DNA from: Clostridia bacterium
Lineage (GTDB): Bacteria > Bacillota > Clostridia > Christensenellales > Borkfalkiaceae
DNA: 64,000 nt
Assembly (NCBI GenBank): GCA_017502525.1
Contig: JAFVUV010000010.1
Coordinates: 494-64,493 of the forward strand
Reading direction: 5' to 3'
A model generated the notes under the pieces. That model worked only from the letters and a program-made list of their open reading frames with translations. It did no database searches and had not been told where the DNA came from. The translations under genes and the position numbers were made by a program. This document shows, piece after piece, positions 36,977 to 46,231 of the stretch (position 1 is the first letter of the stretch; each line of letters starts with the position of its first letter).

Positions 36977-37174
36977 TTAAATTTTGTATTTTTCTTCTAT
37001 AACGTAGTTAAGTTCTTTTGCCAAGTCTTTATTGCACGCTTGTATAATTTCTAACGTTTCTACATACGCCGTCATCTCGCCGTGTATAAAATCATTTTTC
37101 GGTTGGCTGTTAAGTTCTTCTAAGTAATAAGTGTAAAGTTTAATAATAAATGTTATAAGTTGTTCTGCTGTCAT
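36977..37174 (-). CDS. Hypothetical 65-aa protein
   Basis: ORF follows the 37180 gene on the minus strand with a 5-nt gap. No motif recognised. Confidence 0.4.
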   Translation of the reverse strand: MTAEQLITFIIKLYTYYLEELNSQPKNDFIHGEMTAYVETLEIIQACNKDLAKELNYVIEEKYKI

Positions 37175-37179
37175 ATTGA

Positions 37180-37527
37180 TTATCCTTCTTTTGTTGTTGC
37201 TATTTGGCTATTTATTAGGTTTTCTTCTAAACAAGTGTCAAAATTCTCTATAATTTCATTTCGATAGTTGAAAAGCGTCGTTCTAGATAAGTTGCAGTAA
37301 TTTGCTAGTTTCCACGCAGGCATAACTAGTTTTTTTACATATATTGCGTCAAAAACTAATATAATCGGCGCTTTGCCGGTTAAATGTTTTAGCGTGTAGT
37401 ATTTATATAAAAATTCAAAAGTTTCAATAAATTGCTTATCCCCGTGAGAAATGAATGCTTTTATTTTGTTTTCTTTTATTCTCAAAAATTTCTCACTAGT
37501 GATTTTCATATATACAATTTTAATCAA
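37180..37527 (-). CDS. Small HTH-containing protein (phage/plasmid-type transcription regulator-like)
   Basis: C-terminal HTH-like WKLANYCNLSRTTLFNYRNEIIENF. 115 aa. Confidence 0.45.
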   Translation of the reverse strand: MIKIVYMKITSEKFLRIKENKIKAFISHGDKQFIETFEFLYKYYTLKHLTGKAPIILVFDAIYVKKLVMPAWKLANYCNLSRTTLFNYRNEIIENFDTCLEENLINSQIATTKEG

Positions 37528-37762
37528 TATAGATTGTAAAAGGGTACGCGCTTTTTGGACTGTTAAATGCGTTTTTAAATATATTTTCTCTAAATTAGGA
37601 CTAAAATTATAAGCATTTTTTATTCATAAGTTAAAATTACTAACGTGTTTTTCTCGCTGAGTTAGATAACTCGACATAAATTTTATAGTAATTTTATTAC
37701 TTTTTTACTTCAAAACAAATAGACAACAACCTAAAAACAAAGGTGAAAATTTTTTTCAGAAA

Positions 37763-37782
37763 TTTTGGAAACGATTCCAAAA
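37763..37782. promoter_or_regulatory. LacI-family/cre-like palindromic operator
   Basis: TTTTGGAAACGATTCCAAAA is 18/20 palindromic. Its core TGGAAACGATTCCA resembles the TGnAAnCGnTTnCA operator class. It ends 4 nt before the -35 box. Confidence 0.6.
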
Positions 37783-37786
37783 ATGC

Positions 37787-37815
37787 TTGCAATGTTAATT
37801 TTTATGTAGTATAAT
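37787..37815 (+). promoter_or_regulatory. Near-consensus sigma-70 promoter of the fructan locus
   Basis: TTGCAA (37787-37792), 17-nt spacer, TATAAT (37810-37815). Confidence 0.7.
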
Positions 37816-37858
37816 AGCGATGAGATAATCCCAAAATGGTGGTAAAGAGGGTAAAATT

Positions 37859-39439
37859 ATGGCAAATTTATCATTAAGGCACGTTTACAAAATATACCTA
37901 GGCACAGGCAAGGCAAAGAAAAAGGCTAAAGGTGAAGTTAAAAAAAGAAGTGGTGATTTTGTAGCAGTTAAAGATTTCAGTATGGAAATTAGCGACGGTG
38001 AATTTATCGTCTTTGTTGGTCCGTCTGGCTGTGGCAAGTCTACAACGCTTCGTATGATTGCAGGGCTTGAAGAAATAACTAGTGGTGAACTTTATATTGA
38101 TGACCGTTTAGTTAACGACGTGGATGCTAAAGATAGAGATATTGCAATGGTGTTCCAAAGTTATGCGTTATATCCGCACTTAACCGCGTATGACAATATT
38201 GCTTTTGGGCTTAAAATTCGTAAAATTCCCACACCAATTTTAGACGAACAAGGCAATCAAGTAATTGGTATTGACAATAAGAAAATTGAGCAAATAAGTA
38301 AAAATATTAAAAATCTTAATAAAAAAGCAAGTTCTCTTGTAAAAACAATAAATCTTTACACGTCTAAGATTGAAAAGCTTGACCTTTTAATTAATCAAAT
38401 TGAACAAAACATTGATGATATAAATAACACAGAAAATATTTCAAACAGTGAAAAAGTTTTGGAAAAACTTAATTTTAAAAGAGAAGATGCTATTTCTCAA
38501 AAGGAATATTTTGAAAAGGAAATAAACTTTTGCACAGAACAAAAAGAACTTAATCAAAAGCGTTTGGATAAGTCCCAAGAAGAATTAGATTATTATAAAA
38601 ATAATTCCGTTCCATTATTTAAAATGGTTCATATGAAGAAAGAAGATATTGATAAAAAGGTTAAGTGGGCAGCGGAAATTCTTGGCATTGAAGAACTTCT
38701 TGATTCTAAACCGAGCGAAATGTCCGGTGGACAAAGACAGCGTATTGCTCTTGGAAGAGCAATGGTAAGAGGACCAAAGGTGTTCTTGTTGGATGAACCT
38801 TTATCAAATCTTGATGCTAAGCTTCGCACGGCAATGCGCTCAGAGATTGTTAAGTTGCATAATGAATTAAAAACAACCTTTATTTATGTAACTCACGACC
38901 AAATTGAAGCAATGACAATGGGCACGAGAATCGTTGTTATGAAACTTGGTGTTATTCAACAAATAGATACGCCTACAAATCTTTTTGATTATCCAGATAA
39001 TAAGTTTGTCGCAGGATTTATAGGCACACCGCAAATGAACTTTTTCGACGCATTTATCAAAAAAGTTGGCGATAAACTCAACGTTAAACTTAAAGACGGG
39101 CAAGTTATTGACCTTAAACTTAATGACCTTCGTTCAATAAACAAAGAATATCTTGATGGGGAAGAGCACGAAGTTATTCTTGGTATAAGAGGCGAAAATA
39201 TTAGCGTTGCTAAAAACGGTATTAAAACCAAACTCGTTATCAAGGAAATTTTAGGCAACACCACACAACTATTCGTTCGCTTGGAAGAAAAAGGGCAAGA
39301 TTATATCGTTACAATTCCTGAAAGAAACGATTTAGTTAAAGATGACACGGTATGTTTAAAATTTAACGAAAAATTCGTTCACTTGTTTGATAAAAAAACC
39401 GAACTTTCTATTATGTCAAGAGAGTATGGTAACAATTAA
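37859..39439 (+). CDS. MsmK/MalK/UgpC-type sugar ABC transporter ATPase with a ~135-aa coiled-coil insertion
   Basis: Walker A GPSGCGKST, Q-loop MVFQSYALYPH, signature MSGGQRQR, Walker B VFLLDEPLSNLDA, H-loop VTHDQ and a C-terminal TOBE-like domain. An extra K/N/E/I-rich segment at aa ~124-258 sits between LKIRKIP and KKEDIDKKVKWAAEILGI. Confidence 0.88.
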   Translation: MANLSLRHVYKIYLGTGKAKKKAKGEVKKRSGDFVAVKDFSMEISDGEFIVFVGPSGCGKSTTLRMIAGLEEITSGELYIDDRLVNDVDAKDRDIAMVFQSYALYPHLTAYDNIAFGLKIRKIPTPILDEQGNQVIGIDNKKIEQISKNIKNLNKKASSLVKTINLYTSKIEKLDLLINQIEQNIDDINNTENISNSEKVLEKLNFKREDAISQKEYFEKEINFCTEQKELNQKRLDKSQEELDYYKNNSVPLFKMVHMKKEDIDKKVKWAAEILGIEELLDSKPSEMSGGQRQRIALGRAMVRGPKVFLLDEPLSNLDAKLRTAMRSEIVKLHNELKTTFIYVTHDQIEAMTMGTRIVVMKLGVIQQIDTPTNLFDYPDNKFVAGFIGTPQMNFFDAFIKKVGDKLNVKLKDGQVIDLKLNDLRSINKEYLDGEEHEVILGIRGENISVAKNGIKTKLVIKEILGNTTQLFVRLEEKGQDYIVTIPERNDLVKDDTVCLKFNEKFVHLFDKKTELSIMSREYGNN

Positions 39440-39463
39440 TTAAATTAACGGCAAGAAATAAAT

Positions 39464-40807
39464 ATGAAAAAATGGATTGAAATTTTTGCTCTTTCGTTCT
39501 TTTCTAACAAATTATCGAAAGACAGCATAAAAAAGGGTTTTACTAGTGTATTTTTATCGTTAATTTTGGCGTTAGTGCTTTTGTGCACGGGCGTAATTGT
39601 GTCAGACGTTTTGCCTTTTAGTGCACATTATAAAGATGCTACGGGTTTTAACGCGACGGTGAGAAATGCTTTTGCTGGCTCTAACCTGCAAGAAAGAGTT
39701 TGTATACTCGTGGAAAACGGAAAAATTAAGGCGAAAACTGACGGCGATTATGCTAATGCGCTTATAATTAATACCTTTGACGTTCAGCAAGATAAAGATA
39801 AATATGCTATAAACGATTACCATTTAGTTGTAGATACTCGTTTAGCAGATACGCTTGCAGAAGTTGAAGCTTATTGCGTTTCAACCGACGGGCAAGGTCA
39901 AACTATTACTTATGAAGAGTATTTGACACTCAACGAGGTTGCAAGGTTAAATTTTGAGTTTAAGTTGAAGTATACGGGAAATCAATTACATTTAGATGAC
40001 GTAAAAGTTAGCGAATATAAGTCGTTTATAAACGGAACAACCCAACAAAATAGGCAACTTGTAAGTGAACTTACTGATAAATTGTCTAACGCTGAGATAA
40101 CTAAAGATTCTTTTAATAGGCAAATATACGAATTATATTTTACCAACTATTATCCCGCGATAACAAATTACGAAAGTACTTCTAAAGTGCCACTGCTTAG
40201 AAATTATTATTTTCATCAAATAATAGACAAAGGCGAAGAAAAGTTTTTAATGATTTTTGATGATTGTTTGGTGGGCTCGTTTAAGACGGATAAGGGCATA
40301 GACGTTTTCTTTTACGGCTTTTATAACTCTTTAGCGGATGGTGAATTGATAAAAACAAGTGATGATTTAGCAAGACGGCAGACACTAATTGACAGTTTTA
40401 TTATTAACTCGTTTAAAGAAACCTTAGAACTAAATGCTTACGTTCATATTATGAACACCATTAGGTTAGTGCCAATTATCGTGCTAATGGAAGTAGTTAT
40501 AGCTATGCTTGTATCTTCTATTTTATCACTAAAAGACGTAGAGACTTGCAGAACGTTTGGCTCGGCTATAAAGGTGGTGGGCTCGTATGCTTGGTTCTCG
40601 GCATTGATAACGGCAATGGTTACTGGAGTTGTTTCATTTTTCGTGCAGAGAAATTCAATAACTATAGTGTCGTTAGTAGTGTTCTTCATAACAATACTTA
40701 TAAGAAGTGCTATATTTGGCGTTGACCAAATAAAACAAAGAAAAATCCAATTAGATGAGCTGTCAAAAGAAGACGGCGAACAAGACATATTAGAGACGGA
40801 GGCTTAA
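39464..40807 (+). CDS. Polytopic membrane protein, possibly an enlarged DUF1189/YvdJ-like accessory protein of sugar ABC systems (tentative)
   Basis: N-terminal pattern MKKWIEIFALSFFSNKLSKDSIKKGFTSVFLSLILALVLL, then a ~290-aa extracytoplasmic region and 3-4 C-terminal TM helices. Confidence 0.35.
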   Translation: MKKWIEIFALSFFSNKLSKDSIKKGFTSVFLSLILALVLLCTGVIVSDVLPFSAHYKDATGFNATVRNAFAGSNLQERVCILVENGKIKAKTDGDYANALIINTFDVQQDKDKYAINDYHLVVDTRLADTLAEVEAYCVSTDGQGQTITYEEYLTLNEVARLNFEFKLKYTGNQLHLDDVKVSEYKSFINGTTQQNRQLVSELTDKLSNAEITKDSFNRQIYELYFTNYYPAITNYESTSKVPLLRNYYFHQIIDKGEEKFLMIFDDCLVGSFKTDKGIDVFFYGFYNSLADGELIKTSDDLARRQTLIDSFIINSFKETLELNAYVHIMNTIRLVPIIVLMEVVIAMLVSSILSLKDVETCRTFGSAIKVVGSYAWFSALITAMVTGVVSFFVQRNSITIVSLVVFFITILIRSAIFGVDQIKQRKIQLDELSKEDGEQDILETEA

Positions 40808-40808
40808 A

Positions 40809-41714
40809 ATGGTTGTTTGTATAGGCGAAATTCTTGCAGATATGATAGGCGAAGAAAAAAATGGAATAATTACCTATGAAAGAAAGGCTGGGGGAGCACC
40901 ATTTAACGTTGCTTGTGCACTAAAAAAATTTGGCTCAGAAGTAAAATTTGTCGGAAACGTTGGAGATGATTTAATCGGTGAGTTTTTGATTAAATTCGCA
41001 TCTGATTTCGGTATGGATACCTCCTATATCAATAAAGACAAAGACAAAAATACAACGCTTGCTTTTGTAGAATTAAATCAAGAAGGTGAAAGGTCGTTTT
41101 GCTTTTATCGTAAAAATACAGCCGATTATTTTCTTCCTAAGGTTAGCGACCAACTACTTGAAAAAGCTGATATAGTTTGCATAGGCTCGCTTATGATGTC
41201 TAGCGAAAGTTGTGTGAATTACGCATTAGATATTATAGAACGTGCGCACGAACTAAATAAATTGGTAGCTTTCGACGTAAATTATCGCACTGATATTTTT
41301 AGAGATACTGGAAGTGCGGTTAAAACTTACAAAAAGATTTTAGAAAAGGCAGATATCGTTAAGTTTTCTGAAGATGAAGTGCAAATTTTTACCGAAAAGT
41401 ATATAGAGAGAGAGCTTAATGGCAAACTTGTTTTAATCACACTTGGTAAAAATGGAAGCGAATGGAGATATAAAGGCAATAAAAATTCTCAAAGTTCAAT
41501 CACGGTTAAGGTTGTTGATACAACGGGTGCAGGCGATGCTTTTTTTGCAGGGGCGTTGTCTGTATTGGATAAAGTAAAGGATAAAAACTTTACTTTTGAG
41601 CAATTAGATAGTGCGCTTAAGTTTGGCAACGTTGCAGGAGCTTTAAATACAACGGGGCGCGGGGCAATAGATAATTTACCAAGTTTAGAAACAATAAATC
41701 AATATATTAAATAA
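40809..41714 (+). CDS. PfkB-family carbohydrate kinase, fructokinase-like
   Basis: N-terminal VVCIGEILADMIG. Anion hole/ATP motif VVDTTGAGDAFFAGAL. Context of GH32 genes. Confidence 0.85.
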   Translation: MVVCIGEILADMIGEEKNGIITYERKAGGAPFNVACALKKFGSEVKFVGNVGDDLIGEFLIKFASDFGMDTSYINKDKDKNTTLAFVELNQEGERSFCFYRKNTADYFLPKVSDQLLEKADIVCIGSLMMSSESCVNYALDIIERAHELNKLVAFDVNYRTDIFRDTGSAVKTYKKILEKADIVKFSEDEVQIFTEKYIERELNGKLVLITLGKNGSEWRYKGNKNSQSSITVKVVDTTGAGDAFFAGALSVLDKVKDKNFTFEQLDSALKFGNVAGALNTTGRGAIDNLPSLETINQYIK

Positions 41715-41738
41715 TATTAAGTAAGAAGAGAAAGGAAA

Positions 41739-44700
41739 ATGAGTAAATCTATAAAAATAACGTTTTTAACAATATTGGCAATGCTTTGTTTTTTTGTTGG
41801 AGTTTTAACAATTTCTACAAACGTGCAAGCAAATGGAAAGGCTTTAGAAAGTCAAACTGACACTTTCACTTTAGAAAATGAAAGTTTAGAAAAAACCGAA
41901 AAGTTTGTTTATACGGCAACAGTTTCTTTTGAAAGAGGCGTTGCTGCTGGCTTGGTATTTGGGGCGGAAGAACAATCTCGTTATTGGGTATTCAACGTAG
42001 ATAGACAAGCAAATCTTGTAAAATTAATATACTTTGCGTATGATGAAAATGACAATTTAGTTCCTACTGAACTTATAACAGATTATTTTATCGGCAACGA
42101 TAAGATGACCGATAGCGAAAGAAGATTGGTTGGCGGTAAAGTTGCAACCCTTGATAAAGTGCAGTTAAAAGTAGTTATCACGCCAGAAGAAGATGGTGTG
42201 TATGCAGAATTTTACGCAGATAATATCCGCAGATTCGGTGTTGATAAAATTATCAAGTTAGACGAACTTGAAAATCTACCGCAAGACGTGAATTACGAAG
42301 GTGGTAGAATAGGTTTTAACTGTTTTAATTCTAAAGTAGTGTTTAGCGACGTATACTTTGGCCAAAGCGATTATTCATATTATACCGAACTATATCGTAA
42401 CCAATATCATTTTTCACAATACGCACATTGGAATAATGACCCTAATGGTCTAGTTTATTATGATGGATATTATCATTTGTTTTATCAACATCATCCCTAT
42501 AGTAACTATTGGAGCGATATGTATTGGGGACACGCAAGAAGTACCGATTTAGCTCATTGGGAATTGTTACCAATATGTTTATTCCCAGATGAAGATTGGG
42601 GGCAAGGTGCTGGATATATGTGGTCTGGTACGGCGTATGAATACAAAAAAGGAACTAGCACGGCAATAGATAATCTTAATTGGTATCCTGAAGGGAACGG
42701 AAACGGACTTATTGCTTATTATACTAGAGACGGCGGTATGCAAGACCAAATGATTATGTCTAGTGATGACGGCGGTATTACTTGGACAAAACGCAAGTTC
42801 ATTCCACAAGAAGTTGCAACGGGTGCTGTTGGCAAAATTGCGTGTCGTGACCCTAAGATTTTTTCAGTAGTAGAAGAAGGTGGAAAAACAACTCTTTGGG
42901 GTATGGCTTTAACGGGACAACAAGCTGATAAAGTGTGGTTCTTAAAATCTAATAACCTTTTAGATTGGTCATACGCGGGTGAATTTAATGCTAGAGAGCC
43001 AGAGTGTCCAGACGTGGTTAACTTAACGGCTAACGATGGAGAAACATACACAGTGTTTACTTTTTCAGGTAGAGAATATGTGGTTGGCAAATTATCATAT
43101 GATGGCAACTTAATTCACTTTAAGGACGCAAAGGGTGGGGAAATTGATTCAAGTGATTTTCAAGTTATGGATTTTGGTCCAGACTCTTATGCTACCCAAA
43201 CGTTTAACATTAGTGATAGCCTAAGCGAGTATTATGGTAAAGTCGTATCGTTAAGTTGGTATGCAGGCGTTCCTGCTGACACTGATAGCGGTATTTACGC
43301 TAACGCAAGAAAGGTTTGGAACGGAAGCGGTATGACTATTCCTGTTGTTTGGAATTTAGTTACCGAAGGAAACGGTTATATTTTAACTCAAACGCCTATC
43401 GTTAAAGAAAGCACGGCGTTTACAAAAACACAAATTTTAAGTTTATCTGACCAAGTTGTAGATTCTAACACACAAAACATCTTATCTAGCATAAATACAC
43501 ATGTATTTGAAATGAGTGTAACCATTGATAATCCTGATGATGCAGATATTTCTATAAAAATAAATCTTAGTGATGATGAGTATACGGAAATAGGTTGGAC
43601 GAAAGAAGAAGGTTATTTTGTAGACCGTACACATACCTCTTCGGCTGGGTTAAACATTAAAGATTATAAATTTAGATATACTTCTGAAGCTAGAAGTTCT
43701 GGTAGACAAACTTTCTATATCTTATCTGATAACGGTGGCGTAGAAGTTTTCTGTGATGATTTTAGAATTCCTTTTTATGTTTTGACGCTAGCGTCGCCTT
43801 ATTCGGTAAAGGCAGATTTTTCAGTTAGCGATACGGTTACGGTTGAAAACCTTACAGTTAAAGAAATTGCATCAGTTTGGAGAACTTTTGAACCGGTAGA
43901 GGGTGAAACAGTTTTATACGTTAGCGAAGAGGAAGTTAAAATGGATACCGTTATAACTAACGAAAAACTTTTAACTGCTTACTCTACTTCTGGACAAGAC
44001 ATTACTTGGGAAATTTTAGAAGGAAGTAACGTTGTTTCTTTTGAAAACGTTACGGGCGGAATAAAATTAACAGCACTTTCATCAGGAACGGCAACAATCA
44101 AAGTTACATCTGGTCAGCAAGAAAAAATTATACAAGTAACTGTGATTGCGGGTGCACCTAACTCAGACGTGGAATTTAAAGCGCAAGGAATTGTATCTGG
44201 TTCTTGGTATGCAGACGGCACGAATATCGTAGGTAGCACGCCTGCTGGGGACGGATATATCTTATCTACTCAAAGTGCAAGTGATTTTAAGTGCTCAGTA
44301 AACTTCAGTTTAAATGCAATAGCTGCAGCCTTTATCTTTAGGGCTAGCGAAGATATGAGTGAATACATTATCTTTAACTATGATAACAATGAAAAAATAG
44401 TTAAAATGTGGTCACAAAACGGTGAAATTGGCAGAGCCTATTTAGGCGATATTGATACAAACAGCATCACCTTAAGAGTAGAAGCTCAAGAGGATAAGGT
44501 GAAGGCGTTTATAAATGGTCAACTAGTTATTGACGCAACCTTAAACGCAGATGAACCAACTGAAGGTTATTTTGGACTTAACGTTTATTCGGGAACGGCT
44601 ACCTTCAAGTCTTTCGTTCAAATTGTTGATAAATTCACATATTCAAGCGGTGATTTAGTTGTTTCAGGGGATTCAGAACAACCAGTTATCAAAATTATTA

Positions 44701-45227
44701 ACAAAACAAAGAATAACGAAAAAGTGGAAAAATCCTTCTTTACGGCATCAGGTAGGCACGTAACGATTAAGTCTAATTACTTTGAATTGTTAAGTGTTGG
44801 AACTTATGTATTTAAAGCGTACACACACGCTGGTTCTTATGAGTTTACCGTAAACGTAAGTGAGATACCGCAAACAGTTTTGCAAGACACAAGCGTTCCA
44901 AAAGGAACGGATGCGATAATTTATTTAGGCAACGTTAAATTGGAGAGCATTTTTGTTAATGGCGAACAATTAAATCAAGGCGATTATGAAGTTAAAAACA
45001 ATATTTTAACTATTTTTGCAAAATCGCTTGTCGAAGAATTTAACCAAGTTCAAATTAACGACACAACTCTAACTATTTCAATAACAACAATTGAAGGCAC
45101 CATTCCAACGGGCTCGAATCTTGGTTTGATTTTAGGATTAAGCGCTGGTGGGGTAGTTTTGGCTGGAGCTGGTGTAACTGCAATTTTATTTATTAGGAGA
45201 AAGAAAAAAATTGGTACCAACGATTAA
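41739..45227 (+). CDS. Cell-surface GH32 fructan hydrolase (levanase/inulinase type), multidomain, C-terminally membrane anchored
   Basis: WNNDPNGLVYYDGYYHLFYQHHP, ACRDPKIF and EPECPDV (GH32 D / RDP / EC triad). N- and C-terminal LamG/DUF1080 (CBM66-like) modules (AAGLVFGAEEQSRYWVF; GYFGLNVYSGTATFKSF). Big_2-like segment. Terminal TM helix + RRKKK. Confidence 0.88.
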   Translation: MSKSIKITFLTILAMLCFFVGVLTISTNVQANGKALESQTDTFTLENESLEKTEKFVYTATVSFERGVAAGLVFGAEEQSRYWVFNVDRQANLVKLIYFAYDENDNLVPTELITDYFIGNDKMTDSERRLVGGKVATLDKVQLKVVITPEEDGVYAEFYADNIRRFGVDKIIKLDELENLPQDVNYEGGRIGFNCFNSKVVFSDVYFGQSDYSYYTELYRNQYHFSQYAHWNNDPNGLVYYDGYYHLFYQHHPYSNYWSDMYWGHARSTDLAHWELLPICLFPDEDWGQGAGYMWSGTAYEYKKGTSTAIDNLNWYPEGNGNGLIAYYTRDGGMQDQMIMSSDDGGITWTKRKFIPQEVATGAVGKIACRDPKIFSVVEEGGKTTLWGMALTGQQADKVWFLKSNNLLDWSYAGEFNAREPECPDVVNLTANDGETYTVFTFSGREYVVGKLSYDGNLIHFKDAKGGEIDSSDFQVMDFGPDSYATQTFNISDSLSEYYGKVVSLSWYAGVPADTDSGIYANARKVWNGSGMTIPVVWNLVTEGNGYILTQTPIVKESTAFTKTQILSLSDQVVDSNTQNILSSINTHVFEMSVTIDNPDDADISIKINLSDDEYTEIGWTKEEGYFVDRTHTSSAGLNIKDYKFRYTSEARSSGRQTFYILSDNGGVEVFCDDFRIPFYVLTLASPYSVKADFSVSDTVTVENLTVKEIASVWRTFEPVEGETVLYVSEEEVKMDTVITNEKLLTAYSTSGQDITWEILEGSNVVSFENVTGGIKLTALSSGTATIKVTSGQQEKIIQVTVIAGAPNSDVEFKAQGIVSGSWYADGTNIVGSTPAGDGYILSTQSASDFKCSVNFSLNAIAAAFIFRASEDMSEYIIFNYDNNEKIVKMWSQNGEIGRAYLGDIDTNSITLRVEAQEDKVKAFINGQLVIDATLNADEPTEGYFGLNVYSGTATFKSFVQIVDKFTYSSGDLVVSGDSEQPVIKIINKTKNNEKVEKSFFTASGRHVTIKSNYFELLSVGTYVFKAYTHAGSYEFTVNVSEIPQTVLQDTSVPKGTDAIIYLGNVKLESIFVNGEQLNQGDYEVKNNILTIFAKSLVEEFNQVQINDTTLTISITTIEGTIPTGSNLGLILGLSAGGVVLAGAGVTAILFIRRKKKIGTND

Positions 45228-46179
45228 AGATGTAGCAAAGCACGCAGGAGTAGGAATAGGTACTGTTTCTAGAGTTATTAATAACCAAAAGGCTGTCGGG
45301 GAAAAGACCAGGGCAAAGGTCTTAGGCGCGATGAAAGAACTTAATTATTCGCCCAACAATATGGCTTCACAGTTAAGGAAAAACGAAACTAAGATTTTAG
45401 CATTGCTTGTTCCAATAATAAACCACCCGTTTTTTGCAAGGTTAGCATATTTTGTTGAAGATGAAGCAGATAAATTCGGTTATACGATGCTTTTAGTTTC
45501 TTCTCAACAAAGGGTGGAAAAGGAAGAAGAAATAATTAGCCGTATTAAACGCAGAGAAGTAGATGGAGCAGTCTTCGTAACCCACTTTATGCACGAAGAA
45601 GAAGAACTTAAAAACTGTCCTATCGTTTCCATAGACCGTGATTTTGGTGGAAAAACTCCATATGTAACGAGCGACAATTATGAAGCGACTAAAAAAGCCT
45701 TAAAATACATGATAGAGCGTGGGGCTAAAAAAGTTGGATTTTTAGGTTCTAAGCCAATAGTAGAGTCAGAAGTTATGCTTAGAGAAAAAGCGTACCTTGA
45801 AGTGATGGAAGAATATCATATGCCAGTTCGTATGGTCAACCAAGTTATGCAACACGGCGAAGAAATGGCAATAGTTGCTGACTTTATTGAAAAATATCCA
45901 GACGTTGATGGTGTTTTCGTTTCAGGATATACGTTGTCACAAGTTTTTCACGATAATATGATTGAACTTGAAAAAAATATTCCTGAAGATTTACAAATCA
46001 TTTCGTACGATGGTATGTTTAAGCAGTGGAGCACTAATAATATGACTTGTGTGGAGCAACCCATTGAAGAAATGGCAAGACAAGCAGTAAGATTACTTGT
46101 TAAAAAAATACATAATGAAGAAACAGGTGTTAGAACTGTTCTTAAAACAAAACTCGTGCTAGGCTCAACTACACGGTAA
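45211..46179 (+). CDS. LacI-family transcriptional regulator
   Basis: HTH TIKDVAKHAGVGIGTVSRVINN plus a periplasmic-binding-protein-like core. TTG start overlaps the last 17 nt of the GH32 gene. Confidence 0.88.
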   Translation: MVPTIKDVAKHAGVGIGTVSRVINNQKAVGEKTRAKVLGAMKELNYSPNNMASQLRKNETKILALLVPIINHPFFARLAYFVEDEADKFGYTMLLVSSQQRVEKEEEIISRIKRREVDGAVFVTHFMHEEEELKNCPIVSIDRDFGGKTPYVTSDNYEATKKALKYMIERGAKKVGFLGSKPIVESEVMLREKAYLEVMEEYHMPVRMVNQVMQHGEEMAIVADFIEKYPDVDGVFVSGYTLSQVFHDNMIELEKNIPEDLQIISYDGMFKQWSTNNMTCVEQPIEEMARQAVRLLVKKIHNEETGVRTVLKTKLVLGSTTR

Positions 46180-46231
46180 AAAAGAAATCTTATAATAAAA
46201 ATATATAGAAATGAAAAGAAGGAGAAAAAAG

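Noticed and set aside
31384-37700. The segment after tRNA-Glu considered as an intact integrative element (genomic island or prophage).
   Set aside because: There is no integrase or recombinase gene, and I could not find a direct repeat of the tRNA 3' end by eye. Content is patchy (Rhs fragment, ECF module). It is described only as an accessory or degraded segment.
37859-39439. Alternative genetic code (Mollicutes-type, TGA=Trp), suggested by the enlarged MalK-like ATPase and low GC.
   Set aside because: All long genes are intact under the standard bacterial code, with TGG for Trp and ordinary lengths. An ECF sigma and many lipoproteins and permeases are typical of Clostridia/Bacilli. There is no evidence for recoding.
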